DNA from: Calditrichia bacterium
GTDB lineage: Bacteria > Calditrichota > Calditrichia > JAJRVZ01
Reading direction: 5' to 3'
Length of the DNA: 64,000 nt
Assembly: GCA_963777955.1 (NCBI GenBank)
Contig: CAVZSQ010000022.1
Span: 256,001 to 320,000, forward strand
A program made the translations under genes and the position numbers. Every line of letters starts with the position of its first letter. Positions within the stretch are counted from its first letter, which is position 1. The notes beneath the pieces are model-generated. The model was given only the letters and a program-made list of their open reading frames with translations, did not search any database and was not told the DNA's origin. Of the stretch, positions 11,601-22,179 are shown piece by piece.

Positions 11601-11831
11601 CCTTTTAATCCGGTTACCAGTATCATGTTCTCGCTGCCCACAGCAGGGCAGGTACAATTAATCATTTATGATCAATTGGGTAGAATTGTAAGTCGATTAT
11701 TAAATGAAAAAAGAAATGCTGGCCTGCACCGGTTAATCTGGCACGGCGGGACCTGCGCTTCAGGAATTTACTATTTGCGACTGACTGCAGCCGGTCACTC
11801 TGAAACCAAAAAAATGGTATTATTACGTTAA
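8621..11831 (+). CDS. Secreted multidomain protein: unknown N-terminal putative catalytic domain, two PKD/Ig-like repeats, LamG jelly-roll and NYPNPFN sorting domain; split by a +1 insertion (~10313)
   Basis: ORFs 8621-10324 and 10326-11831 join as TYDLDKML. Two D.DGD.L.Y.W repeats, LamG (ALYFDG.NDY, FKGALDDVRIFN), QNYPNPFNP...KKMVLLR. Start may be ATG 8702. Confidence 0.75.
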
Positions 11832-11866
11832 CCATTTCTTTATAATCTGGGTGGTAGTCAGACAAA

Positions 11867-14357
11867 ATGAAATACCGTTCTTCTTTTCAATTATTCTGTT
11901 TTTGTGTTCTCTTGTTAAGTGGTTGTAAACCGGAGAAATTTTCAGAATCAAAATTAATTCAACATTTTAATGGCCGATATGGTCAACTCGAAATAGGCGG
12001 AAAATACGCCGGGCTTGAATTTCATCATAGCCGGCCGCTGCCTGCGCGGATCAGTTTTTACTATCCGGTAGCCAACAGTATCGATTTGAGTACAGACTAC
12101 TGGCAGCGTGACCGCTCTTTACCATATACCCTGCTGATTCACTGTAAGGATAAAACCGACAGTATTGCCGCGCTATCCTGTGATTATTCCTATACTCCCT
12201 ATCAGGCACAATTTGAAATTTTGGATGCTGATTACCGCTTGCGCATCACATATGATTTTTGTGATGATCTGCCCATTGTGGCGGTCCAGTTTAAGTTGCA
12301 GAATATAACCAACCAAAATACAAAATATTCATTAAGCCTCGATCTGAAAACTATTTTACGAACCTGCCATAGCTACGCTACACGCTTTCCTGCCGGTATC
12401 GAATATGGGGCAAATTGTCAATATGCCATAGCAAGTTTTGAAAGCAGTGATACCGATTCCTGCTTGTTGTTCGTGATAAATCAGTTCGGAATAAATGGCA
12501 ATGCTAATGTCCTGGAAAAAATATCTGCGATTGATTCTATTCCAGCGGTTCGATTCCGTTATACACAGGAACTTGCTCCGAACCAGGAATTAACATTCAA
12601 CCAATTAATCGGTTCCTGTAAGCGGACGGAAAAGGATTCTTTACTTCCGCTTATCCACAAACGTTACCAAAGCAGTATCAAACAGAACCATGACCAAATA
12701 GCATCATATATTTATGACCAGTCTAATCTCGACCTGCAGGATTCGACACTGTTGGAAACTTATTTGTGGTCAAAAGCAGTCATGGCCGTCAACCGCCATT
12801 ATCTGAATGGTTCTGTGGTGCCCATGCCTTGCCCGGCAGAATACAATTTTTTCTTTACCCATGATGCTTTACTTACCGATCTGGCAGCTGTTAATTTTGA
12901 TTTAGACCGTGTCCGGCGCGATCTGCTCTATCTGCTCAGTCTGAGCAAAGCCGATTCCATTTTACCCCATGCCTATTATTTCAAAGATGGTCTATATCAA
13001 ACCGAGTATTGCAGCAGTGATAATTGGAATCATCTCTGGTTCCTGATCCTGGCCGGCAGCTGATTATCAGCACAGTGCCGACCTGACCACCATACGACAA
13101 ATCTACCCGCTGCTTAAAAAAAGCGTGGAACTGATGCTGCAGAATAAAAGAACAGATCAATTGATGTATGCTTTTCGACCGGACTGGTGGGATATCGGAC
13201 ATATCTATGGCGCCCGCAGTTATCTGACTATTTTGATGATCCAGGCTTTACGCTCATATGTACAGGTGAGTCTGATCCTGGAGCAGAACCCTGACCGGTT
13301 ATTGCATTATTTACAACTTGCTGATCAGATGAAAGAATCATTATCTGCCCGATTGTGGAATGAACCACGTGGATTTTTATTTAATATGCTGGATACCGTT
13401 GCTGTGGATACACATTATTATGCGGGATCATTGCTATCTGCCGTATTTAACATCCTTGATGATAGCAGCAATAGACGTTTATTGCAGACGGCCGGAGAAA
13501 AACTGCTTGACCCGAATATCGGAATTCGTATCGCCATGCCGGCGGATTTCCATCAATTGATCGATTTATACCGATTTAATGATCTGGAAATGGGTAAGCC
13601 CTATCTGTACTTAAACGGCGGTTGCTGGCCGCATGGAACGGCATGGTACATTCTGGGCCTGATTCAGACCGGACAGATTGAGGAAGCACACCAGGCCCTT
13701 AAAAAATATTTAACGCTGGATGGTATTACCCGCAGTCCAAGAGGTCAACCCTCCTTCTATGAATATCGTAATACTGATCGCGGATCGCAGCAGTATGGTG
13801 AGATTGATAAACCTACATTTTTATGGGCAGGGGGCTGGTATCTGTATACACTTTACAGGCTTTTAGGTTTGCGGGAAGATCCGGAAAATGTTTATTTTCA
13901 TCCGGGCATACCCGTCGCAGTTGGTGAGCAAATAGAATATGATCTGAACGTTTTTGGTTCACGGGCTCGGGTCCACTGGCAGGGAAGTGGAAAATATTTT
14001 GAACGGATACTTTTTGACGATCAACAGGTTCCGACCAGTGTGCTTTTTAAACCGGTACGGGACATAAAACTGGTACGCGGTAAACCTCAGCGACCGTATT
14101 TATGTAAAGCGAATGTCATGATCGGTTTAATTTCCTTTGATCAGGATTCAAAAGTGTTAAAGATGACTTTAAATGGTGTCGCCGGACAAAGAGCGCAGTT
14201 AGAAATAGTTTCACCACAGGATCTGGATTCTGTGATGCTTAATCAACTACAGTTTAAGGATGGTATTTCTATCCGCAGTGATAATGATATCCAAATCTAT
14301 AAAATCGTTTTTATTTTAGCAAAGCAGCAGACAGTATTAGAATGTATGTTTCGATAG
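11867..14357 (+). CDS. Lipoprotein with a glycogen-debranching/GH63-like (alpha/alpha)6 domain; split by a +1 insertion (~13062)
   Basis: Lipobox LLSGC; FFTHDALL, LWN...GF, YLNGGCWP, FYEY, FLWAGG. Removing one G gives AGSYYQHSADLTTIRQIYPLLKKSVE, continuous into ORF 13125-14357. Confidence 0.7.
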
Positions 14358-14388
14358 AAACAGATCCACAGGAGAATAAAATCACACA

Positions 14389-16830
14389 ATGCGCAAATCC
14401 TGTCCATTGCAGCAAAACTGGCAGTTCAGATATATAACAGCAAAAAATAAGACCGGTCAACCCCGGCTGAAAAAGAAAGGCTGGCAACCGGCAACTGTTC
14501 CGGGTACCGTTCATACCGATTTACTTACTGGCAAACAAATTCCTGATCCGTTTTATGCTGATAATGAAGTTACCCTGGACTGGATCTGTAAAAACAACTG
14601 GCAGTACCGGAATCAATTTAATCTGCCGCCGGACTTTGAGGTCAGTAAACCGCTGTATATAATATTTGACGGAATTGATACCTTTGCCGAAATATCTCTG
14701 AACGGCCATGTTCTCGGTAATACTGAAAATATGTTCCGCACCTACCGCTGGGAGATCTCCCGGTATGTCAGCAGGAAGAAAAATATATTGCTGGTTACAT
14801 TTACCAATCCTTTTGAAATCTATCAAAATATACGACGGGATAAAGGGGCTGATTTCGATCCCTCCTGGGAACAACGGGTTTATTTACGTAAAGCACAATA
14901 TTCTTTCGGCTGGGACTGGGGTCCGGCCTTGCCTACTATGGGTATCTGGCGTCAGGTCCGCCTGGAACAGGACGACAAAATTAGAATCAAAGCGCTGCGC
15001 TTTACCACTCAGGAGGTTAAAAATAACCGGGCCCGTATAAAAGTCATGGTAGACTGTGAGGGGCAAGGCGAGCGGATCTCTGTGGTAAGAGTCAGACTTG
15101 CCGGTCAAAGATCGCACTACGAGACATTCCTGGCGCCCTCATCCGCATCCAAAGGACAATTACACTATATCTTCGACTGGGAAATAGCGGATCCGCTATT
15201 ATGGTGGCCTAATGGCATGGGTAAAGCCAACCTGTACGATCTGGAAGCAGCGGTTTTGGATCATCATGGGAAAGTTATTGATTCCTGGTTGAAGAAAGTA
15301 GGAATTCGCACCGTAGAATTGAGACAAAACGAAGCGGGGAAACCGGTTTTTCGCTTTCTGATTAACGGAGAACCTCTGTATATCAAGGGCGGCAACTGGA
15401 TTCCCGCTGATTCTTTTTTACCACGGGTAACTTATCAACGATACCGGCAGTTGCTGAACGATGCCTGCCAGGCTCATCTGAATATGATCAGAGTATGGGG
15501 CGGAGGAGTTTATGAAGATGATATATTTTATCAATTATGCGATGAGTCAGGTTTACTGGTTTGGCAGGACTTTATGTTTGCCTGTTCGGCTTATCCGGAA
15601 TATCCCGAATTCCTGCAAAATATACAGGAGGAGTTGAAACAGAACATTCTGCGTTTGCAGCATCATCCCGCTCTGGCTGTCTGGTGTGGCAACAACGAGA
15701 ATGAATGGATCTGGCAACGCCGGGGAAACCCGCATCTTGAAACTATGCCCGGTTTCCAAATCTATCATCAACTCATCCCAGCAATACTTAAGGAATTAGA
15801 TCCGGATCGACCTTACCGGCCCAGTTCGCCCTATGGTGCTGATCCCGATCCGAACAGCGTGACCAGCGGCAACCGCCACCAGTGGGATATCTGGAGTTTT
15901 TGGCAGGATTATACGCAGGTGAAAGATGATATAAGTCTGTTTGTGACCGAATTCGGATTTCAGGCTCCGGCAAACCGGCAAACCCTGGAGGCGGTGATTC
16001 CGCCGCCGATGCGATACATACAAAGCAGATTATTTGAATGGCATAATAAGCAGATTGAAGGCAACGAGCGCCTGATTCGTTTCCTGGCCGGACATTTGCC
16101 GGTCTGTCCGCAATGGCCGGATTATATCTACCTGACACAACTCAACCAGGGCTTTGCTTTAAAAACATGCCTGGAACATTGGCGCCGGCACTGGCCGGAA
16201 ACCAGCGGCAGTATCATCTGGCAGATCAACGATTGCTGGCCGGTAAGCAGCTGGTCCTTAATTGATTCCGGCCTGCATCCTAAACTCAGTTATTTTTTTG
16301 TGGTCAAAGCCTTTTCGCCCTGTTTTATATCCCTGGAAAAAGAAGAAGATTATTTGCAGGTCAGTTTATGCTGTGATCAAAACCAGACTGGAATACTGAA
16401 TCTTGTTGTTTACCGGCTTTCCTCAGGTAAAAAAATTACCGGCCAGCGAATTGAGGTTGATCTGCAAAAACACGAGTGCCGGAACTGGAATGTTCCTGTA
16501 TCCAAACTGACGGTACAAGAAGATTGGATTGCCATCGCCACGGTTTACGATAAAGAAGGAGAAGTTCTTAATCGGAATTATTTTATCCCGGGCCGCTGGA
16601 AACATCAGCGGATCGCCGATGCAAAAATTAGAATTCAGAGAAAAAACAAAAATCTTAAAATTACCTGCAGAAAACCAGCTTATTTTGTCGATCTCTATCA
16701 TCCCCGGTATCATTTTGAAGACAGGGCCTTTATTTTGTTACCAGGTGAGGAAAAGAAATTCTCAATCCCCGACGGAATATCTTTAAAAGATATCCGGATT
16801 TTTATATTGAATTCCTATCTTAAGCATTAA
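14389..16830 (+). CDS. GH2 beta-mannosidase (cytoplasmic)
   Basis: VPGTVHTDL, RKAQYSFGWDWGP, KGGNWIPAD, NMIRVWGGG, VWQDFMFAC, WCGNNENE, TEFGFQ, WQINDCWP; no signal peptide. Confidence 0.95.
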   Translation: MRKSCPLQQNWQFRYITAKNKTGQPRLKKKGWQPATVPGTVHTDLLTGKQIPDPFYADNEVTLDWICKNNWQYRNQFNLPPDFEVSKPLYIIFDGIDTFAEISLNGHVLGNTENMFRTYRWEISRYVSRKKNILLVTFTNPFEIYQNIRRDKGADFDPSWEQRVYLRKAQYSFGWDWGPALPTMGIWRQVRLEQDDKIRIKALRFTTQEVKNNRARIKVMVDCEGQGERISVVRVRLAGQRSHYETFLAPSSASKGQLHYIFDWEIADPLLWWPNGMGKANLYDLEAAVLDHHGKVIDSWLKKVGIRTVELRQNEAGKPVFRFLINGEPLYIKGGNWIPADSFLPRVTYQRYRQLLNDACQAHLNMIRVWGGGVYEDDIFYQLCDESGLLVWQDFMFACSAYPEYPEFLQNIQEELKQNILRLQHHPALAVWCGNNENEWIWQRRGNPHLETMPGFQIYHQLIPAILKELDPDRPYRPSSPYGADPDPNSVTSGNRHQWDIWSFWQDYTQVKDDISLFVTEFGFQAPANRQTLEAVIPPPMRYIQSRLFEWHNKQIEGNERLIRFLAGHLPVCPQWPDYIYLTQLNQGFALKTCLEHWRRHWPETSGSIIWQINDCWPVSSWSLIDSGLHPKLSYFFVVKAFSPCFISLEKEEDYLQVSLCCDQNQTGILNLVVYRLSSGKKITGQRIEVDLQKHECRNWNVPVSKLTVQEDWIAIATVYDKEGEVLNRNYFIPGRWKHQRIADAKIRIQRKNKNLKITCRKPAYFVDLYHPRYHFEDRAFILLPGEEKKFSIPDGISLKDIRIFILNSYLKH

Positions 16831-17063
16831 TTAATATTCAGTTGCGGGAAATGATTGGCATACTTTTTTCTGCTTATTCTTCCGAACGGAATTAATTCTA
16901 AATTCAACCATAGAACATCATTCCGGATAAAATAAGTTAAAGTTAATATAAGCAATGAAAATTAACTTTTAACTCAGCGGATTTAATGGCATAGTTGTTA
17001 TCTTCAGGGCCGGGCGGCTATGAAAATATTTCGGCAAACTACAACTGATACGCTGATAAAGGA

Positions 17064-19151
17064 TTATTTAATCAAATTCATTTTCCCGGCCAGCAAGGCA
17101 TCACCAAAATCAACGATATACAGATAAGTGCCTGAAGCAGCGCTGAGTCCGTTGGCATAGGTGCCATTCCAATGTACCTGATATACTCCCGGGCCATTGA
17201 TGGTAACCATGAGGGTGCATACCAACCTTCCCAGGGTATCGTAAATCCTGACTACGACCATACCATACAGGTCGGTGTTAATCTGAAACGAAATAGTAGT
17301 GCCCGGATTAAACGGATTGGGATAATTACCCAGTAATGTATATTTTTCTGGATAATGTCCGCTGGTTTTAATGCTCTCATCGCTTTCTACAGAAATCGGA
17401 TCGCCGCCGCTCAAACTGGTAAATGGACTCAACACGGCATAACTCAGGCTAATATCGATTATCAAATTCTTAATAGATTGCGCTTCGGCAGATTCAGGAT
17501 TCAGCGAGTAATATTGTATCAGCAGGTTTTCTATTTTTGTTTTAGCCCATACTTTGGTTAAAAATTGATATTTGTCAATAATCGAATCCTGTAAAACCAG
17601 GTCGTAATGATATGTTACCGGTTGCCCGAAGGCCTCCCCGGAAAGAGTGATCGATACTGGCAGGGCTTCCTGATAGCGGCCGGCCACCAGCATCTGCTGA
17701 CCTTTATATAAATTTGGCAACGGGGATGGATAGGTTTCAGAAATGGTTGGCGATGAAAAGGTCATCTGCGTATTCAGTAATACCGGATTCCTGATCTGCA
17801 TATAAAATTCGGTAATGCGCACCTCCAGTTCCGCGCTGCCCAGAAATTCGGCCAGACCGTCATTCTGCACGGCCAGTAATGTCAATAACTGCTGATTGAC
17901 GTCAGTGCCGACGCCAAAAGTAAAAATCATTACTTTAGTTTCGGTTTGCTGTATCCTGGTACTGACACCGTTTAGGATGCCACCGGTATCGGTAGTCCCG
18001 GTAGTAGCCTGACCGTCGGTGAAGAAAATAATAATATTTGCCGTGCTGTCGGTAGCAGCGCCGAACTGGCCGATGGCCAGATCAAAGGCTCCGGAAATAT
18101 TAGTCAAACCATTCGCCTGTAAGGTGGAAATATAGGCTAAGGCATCCGTTTTATTTTGCTCGGTAAAATCGACATGCGCCGGTCGGAAACTGCTGATTGC
18201 AGTACTAAAATCAATGATATTGAATTTATCACCTGGATTTAAATTCTCAGTGATAAAAGTAGCTGCGTTTTTAGCTTGCGTCATTTTTGCACCGGTCGCC
18301 ATACTGCCGGAACGGTCGATGATCAGAGTAAAAACCTTTTTTATTACATCGGCACCGGCACCCGGGTCCGGTTCAGCTATGAAAACAAAGAAACCGTTGC
18401 CATGCTCATCGGGCACAAGCGTATCAGCGATAGTTGTGCTCAGACTGAATAAGCCCAGTTCCGCAGAATTAAGCGTATACTGTAATCTGTAATTAGCATT
18501 GGCGGAGAATTCATATAGACCGGTACTTACATGAGCAGTATGCCCATCATTTGTAAAATCGGAAGCAGTATGGCTCAGCAGTTGAATGTTATCAATGGTC
18601 CTCTCGGAATACAGATTAAAATCAAGTTCCTGTAGATTCAAAGCAGTTGATTGTAACAGACTGTAATCATTGGGATATTCAAATTCCACTTTTCCGAAAC
18701 TGTAAGGCAGAAGTTGCACATAACTCAATTGGACAATCAACAGGGAATCGACTTTCAACTTTTGTTCGATATTAAAGTAGAGAGGAGTGGCTCCCAGATA
18801 GGTCTCGAGATTCGGATGCATTTCTCCGCCCGGACCGGGTTGGGAGGTATCCTGGGGCGTAGGGGCAAAATTGGCCTGATACCAGATATTGTTTATATTC
18901 CAGAGTAATTCCGTCGCGCTGGCATTTTCGGGCAGGGGAAAACCATATTTGACTAATTGTTGTGCACCGGTTTGATTCATAAATGTCTGGGTGGTGGTTA
19001 CCAGGGCAACCTGATTTTCAACGGTCACCTGCACCTGGCTGGAAAGCAGGGTTAAATAGACCCCGTTCTTGGCATCAATAATACACACACCATTAGCAAA
19101 ACTGCCGGTACAAAGCAGGGATAATAATAGTACTAATACCAAGTACTTCAT
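17064..19151 (-). CDS. Secreted VIT + vWA domain protein (inter-alpha-trypsin inhibitor-like) with NYPNPFN sorting domain
   Basis: Signal peptide; VIT (YGFPLPENA); MIDAS DRSGSM, TNISGA, FFTDG; GNYPNPFNP tail. AGGAGA RBS before ATG 19151. Confidence 0.88.
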   Translation of the reverse strand: MKYLVLVLLLSLLCTGSFANGVCIIDAKNGVYLTLLSSQVQVTVENQVALVTTTQTFMNQTGAQQLVKYGFPLPENASATELLWNINNIWYQANFAPTPQDTSQPGPGGEMHPNLETYLGATPLYFNIEQKLKVDSLLIVQLSYVQLLPYSFGKVEFEYPNDYSLLQSTALNLQELDFNLYSERTIDNIQLLSHTASDFTNDGHTAHVSTGLYEFSANANYRLQYTLNSAELGLFSLSTTIADTLVPDEHGNGFFVFIAEPDPGAGADVIKKVFTLIIDRSGSMATGAKMTQAKNAATFITENLNPGDKFNIIDFSTAISSFRPAHVDFTEQNKTDALAYISTLQANGLTNISGAFDLAIGQFGAATDSTANIIIFFTDGQATTGTTDTGGILNGVSTRIQQTETKVMIFTFGVGTDVNQQLLTLLAVQNDGLAEFLGSAELEVRITEFYMQIRNPVLLNTQMTFSSPTISETYPSPLPNLYKGQQMLVAGRYQEALPVSITLSGEAFGQPVTYHYDLVLQDSIIDKYQFLTKVWAKTKIENLLIQYYSLNPESAEAQSIKNLIIDISLSYAVLSPFTSLSGGDPISVESDESIKTSGHYPEKYTLLGNYPNPFNPGTTISFQINTDLYGMVVVRIYDTLGRLVCTLMVTINGPGVYQVHWNGTYANGLSAASGTYLYIVDFGDALLAGKMNLIK

Positions 19152-19420
19152 AATGTCTTTTCTCCTACAACTTGACAAAATGACTGAATAAATGTCTTTA
19201 AACCAGAGAATATTTAGTTCTAATTTATTGCCAGTATATCAGTACAGCCGGTATAAAGATTATTAGCTGTGTACGCAAAAACAAATAATGAATCATTGCA
19301 ATTTGCCTAACGTCAATTCTAAAACTTTTGTTCATGAATGTAAATGAGAATCCGTCTGCAATAAATATATGAATAAATGTGGAAATACAAGGGGGGGTAT
19401 ATTGGTAAATGTTATTTAGG

Positions 19421-19510
19421 TAAGGACAAAGGATAAAGGGTAAAGGCTTAAGGGTAAAAATAGGCACTATGGTACTAAATCTTAAGCCTAGTGCGGTGCT
19501 CAGTACTTTC
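19421..19510. repeat. Degenerate 7-bp (AAAGGGT-like) and 8-bp (GGTACTAA-like) short tandem repeats downstream of asnA
   Basis: taaggac aaaggat aaagggt aaaggct taagggt, then ggcactat ggtactaa. Confidence 0.6.
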
Positions 19511-19515
19511 ATGTA

Positions 19516-20556
19516 CTACAGTATAAATATGTTATTCTCCCGGCATTGTTTGATGACATCCTCCGGCCAGACGCTGCTCTGGATTTCTCCGATATGGGCT
19601 TTACGCAGGTAAAACATGCACAAGCGCGATTGTCCGATTCCCCCGCCGATAGACAACGGAAACTCTCCCTGCAATAAGCGCCGGTGATATAGCAGATCTT
19701 TTTTTCTCATTTCATTCTTTAATTTCAGTTGTCGCAATAATGCTTCGGGATCGACGCGAATGCCCATTGAGGATAATTCATAAACACAATCCAGTACCGG
19801 GTAATGGACCAGGATATCCCCATTCAGTCCTTTATGCTTACTGCTGGTGGGGCTGGACCAATCGTCGTAATCAGCGGCCCGGTTATCATGAGGTTTACCG
19901 TTGCTCAGGGTAGAACCGATGCCGATGACAAACACCGCACCATATTCCCGGCAGATCATTATCTCCCGTTGCTGTGGGGTCAGGTCCGGGTATTCTTCTG
20001 CCAGATCTTCGCTATGTTTGAATACAATGTTCTCGGGCAGGATCGGCTTGATTTTGGGATAAAGATGAAAAATATACTTCTCGGTGCGTTTGATCACTTC
20101 ATAGATGATGGTAACCACACTTTTTAAATAGTGCAGATTATGCTGATCAGCAGTGATCACTTTCTCCCAATCCCATTGGTCGACATAGATGGAGTGCAGG
20201 TTATCCAGACGCTCATCCGGACGGATAGCATTCATATCCGTATAGATTCCTTCACCGGTTTTAATCTTATAATCGGCCAGGGTTATTCGTTTCCATTTGG
20301 CCAGGGATTGCACAATTTCCACCCAGGTTTGACCCATATCCTTGACATTGAAAGCTACCGGTTTTTCGACCCCTGATAATTCATCATTGATGCCGGTGTT
20401 GGCCTTCACGAAAAGCGGGGCAGTGGTTCGTATCAAGTTCAGCTCGAAGGATAAATTTGTCTGAAAGAACTCCTTGATCAGGCGGATCGCTTTTTCGGTT
20501 TCCTTCACATCCAGCGGGGAATGGTATTTCTGGGGAATAAACAAACTTGATTTCAA
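19516..20556 (-). CDS. asnA: Aspartate--ammonia ligase
   Basis: EIVQSLAKWKR, GIYTDMNAIRPDE, HSIYVDQWDWEK, RAADYDDW, ELSSMGIRVD, SIGGGIGQSR; TTG start after GGAGA. Confidence 0.97.
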   Translation of the reverse strand: MKSSLFIPQKYHSPLDVKETEKAIRLIKEFFQTNLSFELNLIRTTAPLFVKANTGINDELSGVEKPVAFNVKDMGQTWVEIVQSLAKWKRITLADYKIKTGEGIYTDMNAIRPDERLDNLHSIYVDQWDWEKVITADQHNLHYLKSVVTIIYEVIKRTEKYIFHLYPKIKPILPENIVFKHSEDLAEEYPDLTPQQREIMICREYGAVFVIGIGSTLSNGKPHDNRAADYDDWSSPTSSKHKGLNGDILVHYPVLDCVYELSSMGIRVDPEALLRQLKLKNEMRKKDLLYHRRLLQGEFPLSIGGGIGQSRLCMFYLRKAHIGEIQSSVWPEDVIKQCRENNIFIL

Positions 20557-20574
20557 TATGGGTCTCCTTCTATT

Positions 20575-20686
20575 GAGGCACTTAGAGAAAAGTACCTTAG
20601 TACCTTAGTCCCTGAGTTCCTTAGTGCCTTAGTAATTGATAAATTACTAAGATATATAAATCATCATACTCAGGTACTCAGGTACA
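20575..20686. repeat. 8-bp short tandem repeats (AGTACCTT-like) with an inverted block upstream of asnA
   Basis: agtacctt agtacctt agtccctg agttcctt agtgcctt ag, then inverted tactcagg tactcagg tac. Confidence 0.65.
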
Positions 20687-20841
20687 TCAATGATTGATAA
20701 TTTTTTAATTTAAAAAAGTATAATAATAAAAAAAATAGCTGATAAACAGATAATTTATATCTGAGAAAAAATTAGATGTTTAATAGCTGCCGGAAGCCTG
20801 TTTATCTATAAGGCGCTATCTCCGGATCAAAAGCGGTGTTA

Positions 20842-22164
20842 TTATACTCCTGATACTACTACATCGGTAAATACCAGACTGGGCATGCGTCGTGAAGAAT
20901 ATATCCAGGGATCGTTGGCGACTTCTGTCAGTTTATGCCAGAACTTCAGGTGATTATCGGCGATGTTCATTTCGGAGACCGGTTGAACCAATTCGCCCTT
21001 TTCGAAAAGAGTGCCGCTGATGCCCATAGATGTATCACCGGTAGTAGAATTGGAATTGCCGCCGAGAAAACCGGTGATCAGAATACCACGACCGAGGTCT
21101 TTCATAATTTTTTCAACAGAACGTTTTCCAGGAGGAATAAACAGGTTAGATGGATTGCCGCTGGTCGGTTCCCAACCAAGTTTACGGCTATAATACCAAT
21201 CGATGTAAAAATCTTTCAGCACGCCGTCCTCGACCATGATCCGCTTCTTAGCGGCAAATCCGTCATCGTCAAATAAACGGCTGCCTAAACCGGATTTAAA
21301 CAGGGGATGGTCGATCAAAGTGAATTTATCGCTGCCGATTTTCTTTCCTTTTTGATCGGCCAGGAATGATCGTTTCTGCTGTATATTTCTGGCATACATA
21401 CCGGCCAGGAAACCATTGAGCAGGCTGGATGCTACCCGGTTCTCCACGATGATGGGTAAGGTTTCAGTTTTGATTTTTTTCGCACCCAGCAGGGCCAGCG
21501 TGCGTTGAGCAGCAACTGTCCCGATTTTCTCTGCACTGGGGAAATCCTTTTTTGATATGGCTACAACATAATTATAACCGTTTGGCCGGCGGTTGCCTTT
21601 ATCCTGAATCGTCATTTGGGCACCAGCCCAGTAACTGGTACTTTCGATCGCACCTTCAAATCCATTGCTGGTCAGTACAACTGACTCGGAATGACTGTCA
21701 TTTTGCGTGGCGGTAACCGAGATTACTTTATCGCCGCCTTTGTCCAGAGCTGATTCTTCAATCGTTTTTACCAGAGCATGCCTGTCATGTGGAGTAGTCT
21801 TTATGTAATCGGAATCCAGAATATTGAGGTCCAGGGCAGAACGGCCCTGATAATATTTTGGATCGGGCAGGGTGCGATATGCATCTTCGGCCAGAAGTCT
21901 GGTGGTAGCCACAGCATTGTGAATAAAACTCTTCAAAGCCTCCTGGCGCAGATCGGAAGTACTTTGACCGGAGTAACGCTGGTTCACAAATACTTCAATG
22001 TAAAGTTCCCGCGTTGAAGCTTCTTTAATATTTTCCGGTTTACGATCGCGATAACTGATCTCGATGAAGCGTTCACTGTTTATACTTACACGGCACCCGG
22101 CGGCCCCTTCGGCTTTTGCAGTTTGCAGCGACCAGCTGGCTATATCTTTTAGTTCTTGATTCAT
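20842..22164 (-). CDS. pmbA: TldD/PmbA family protein, PmbA/TldE-type subunit
   Basis: SFLAD..GKKIGS, SRLFDDDG, GNPSNL, GGNSNSTTGD.S, E.NIA; no HExxxH and no signal peptide. Confidence 0.88.
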   Translation of the reverse strand: MNQELKDIASWSLQTAKAEGAAGCRVSINSERFIEISYRDRKPENIKEASTRELYIEVFVNQRYSGQSTSDLRQEALKSFIHNAVATTRLLAEDAYRTLPDPKYYQGRSALDLNILDSDYIKTTPHDRHALVKTIEESALDKGGDKVISVTATQNDSHSESVVLTSNGFEGAIESTSYWAGAQMTIQDKGNRRPNGYNYVVAISKKDFPSAEKIGTVAAQRTLALLGAKKIKTETLPIIVENRVASSLLNGFLAGMYARNIQQKRSFLADQKGKKIGSDKFTLIDHPLFKSGLGSRLFDDDGFAAKKRIMVEDGVLKDFYIDWYYSRKLGWEPTSGNPSNLFIPPGKRSVEKIMKDLGRGILITGFLGGNSNSTTGDTSMGISGTLFEKGELVQPVSEMNIADNHLKFWHKLTEVANDPWIYSSRRMPSLVFTDVVVSGV

Positions 22165-22179
22165 GATTTGCTCCTTGTC

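Noticed and set aside
13061..13063. Selenocysteine or stop-codon readthrough at TGA
   Set aside because: The downstream coding region is in a different frame; removing one base restores the protein.
19225..19512. 95-aa ORF downstream of asnA
   Set aside because: Runs through short tandem repeats and an AT-rich promoter region; no recognisable features.
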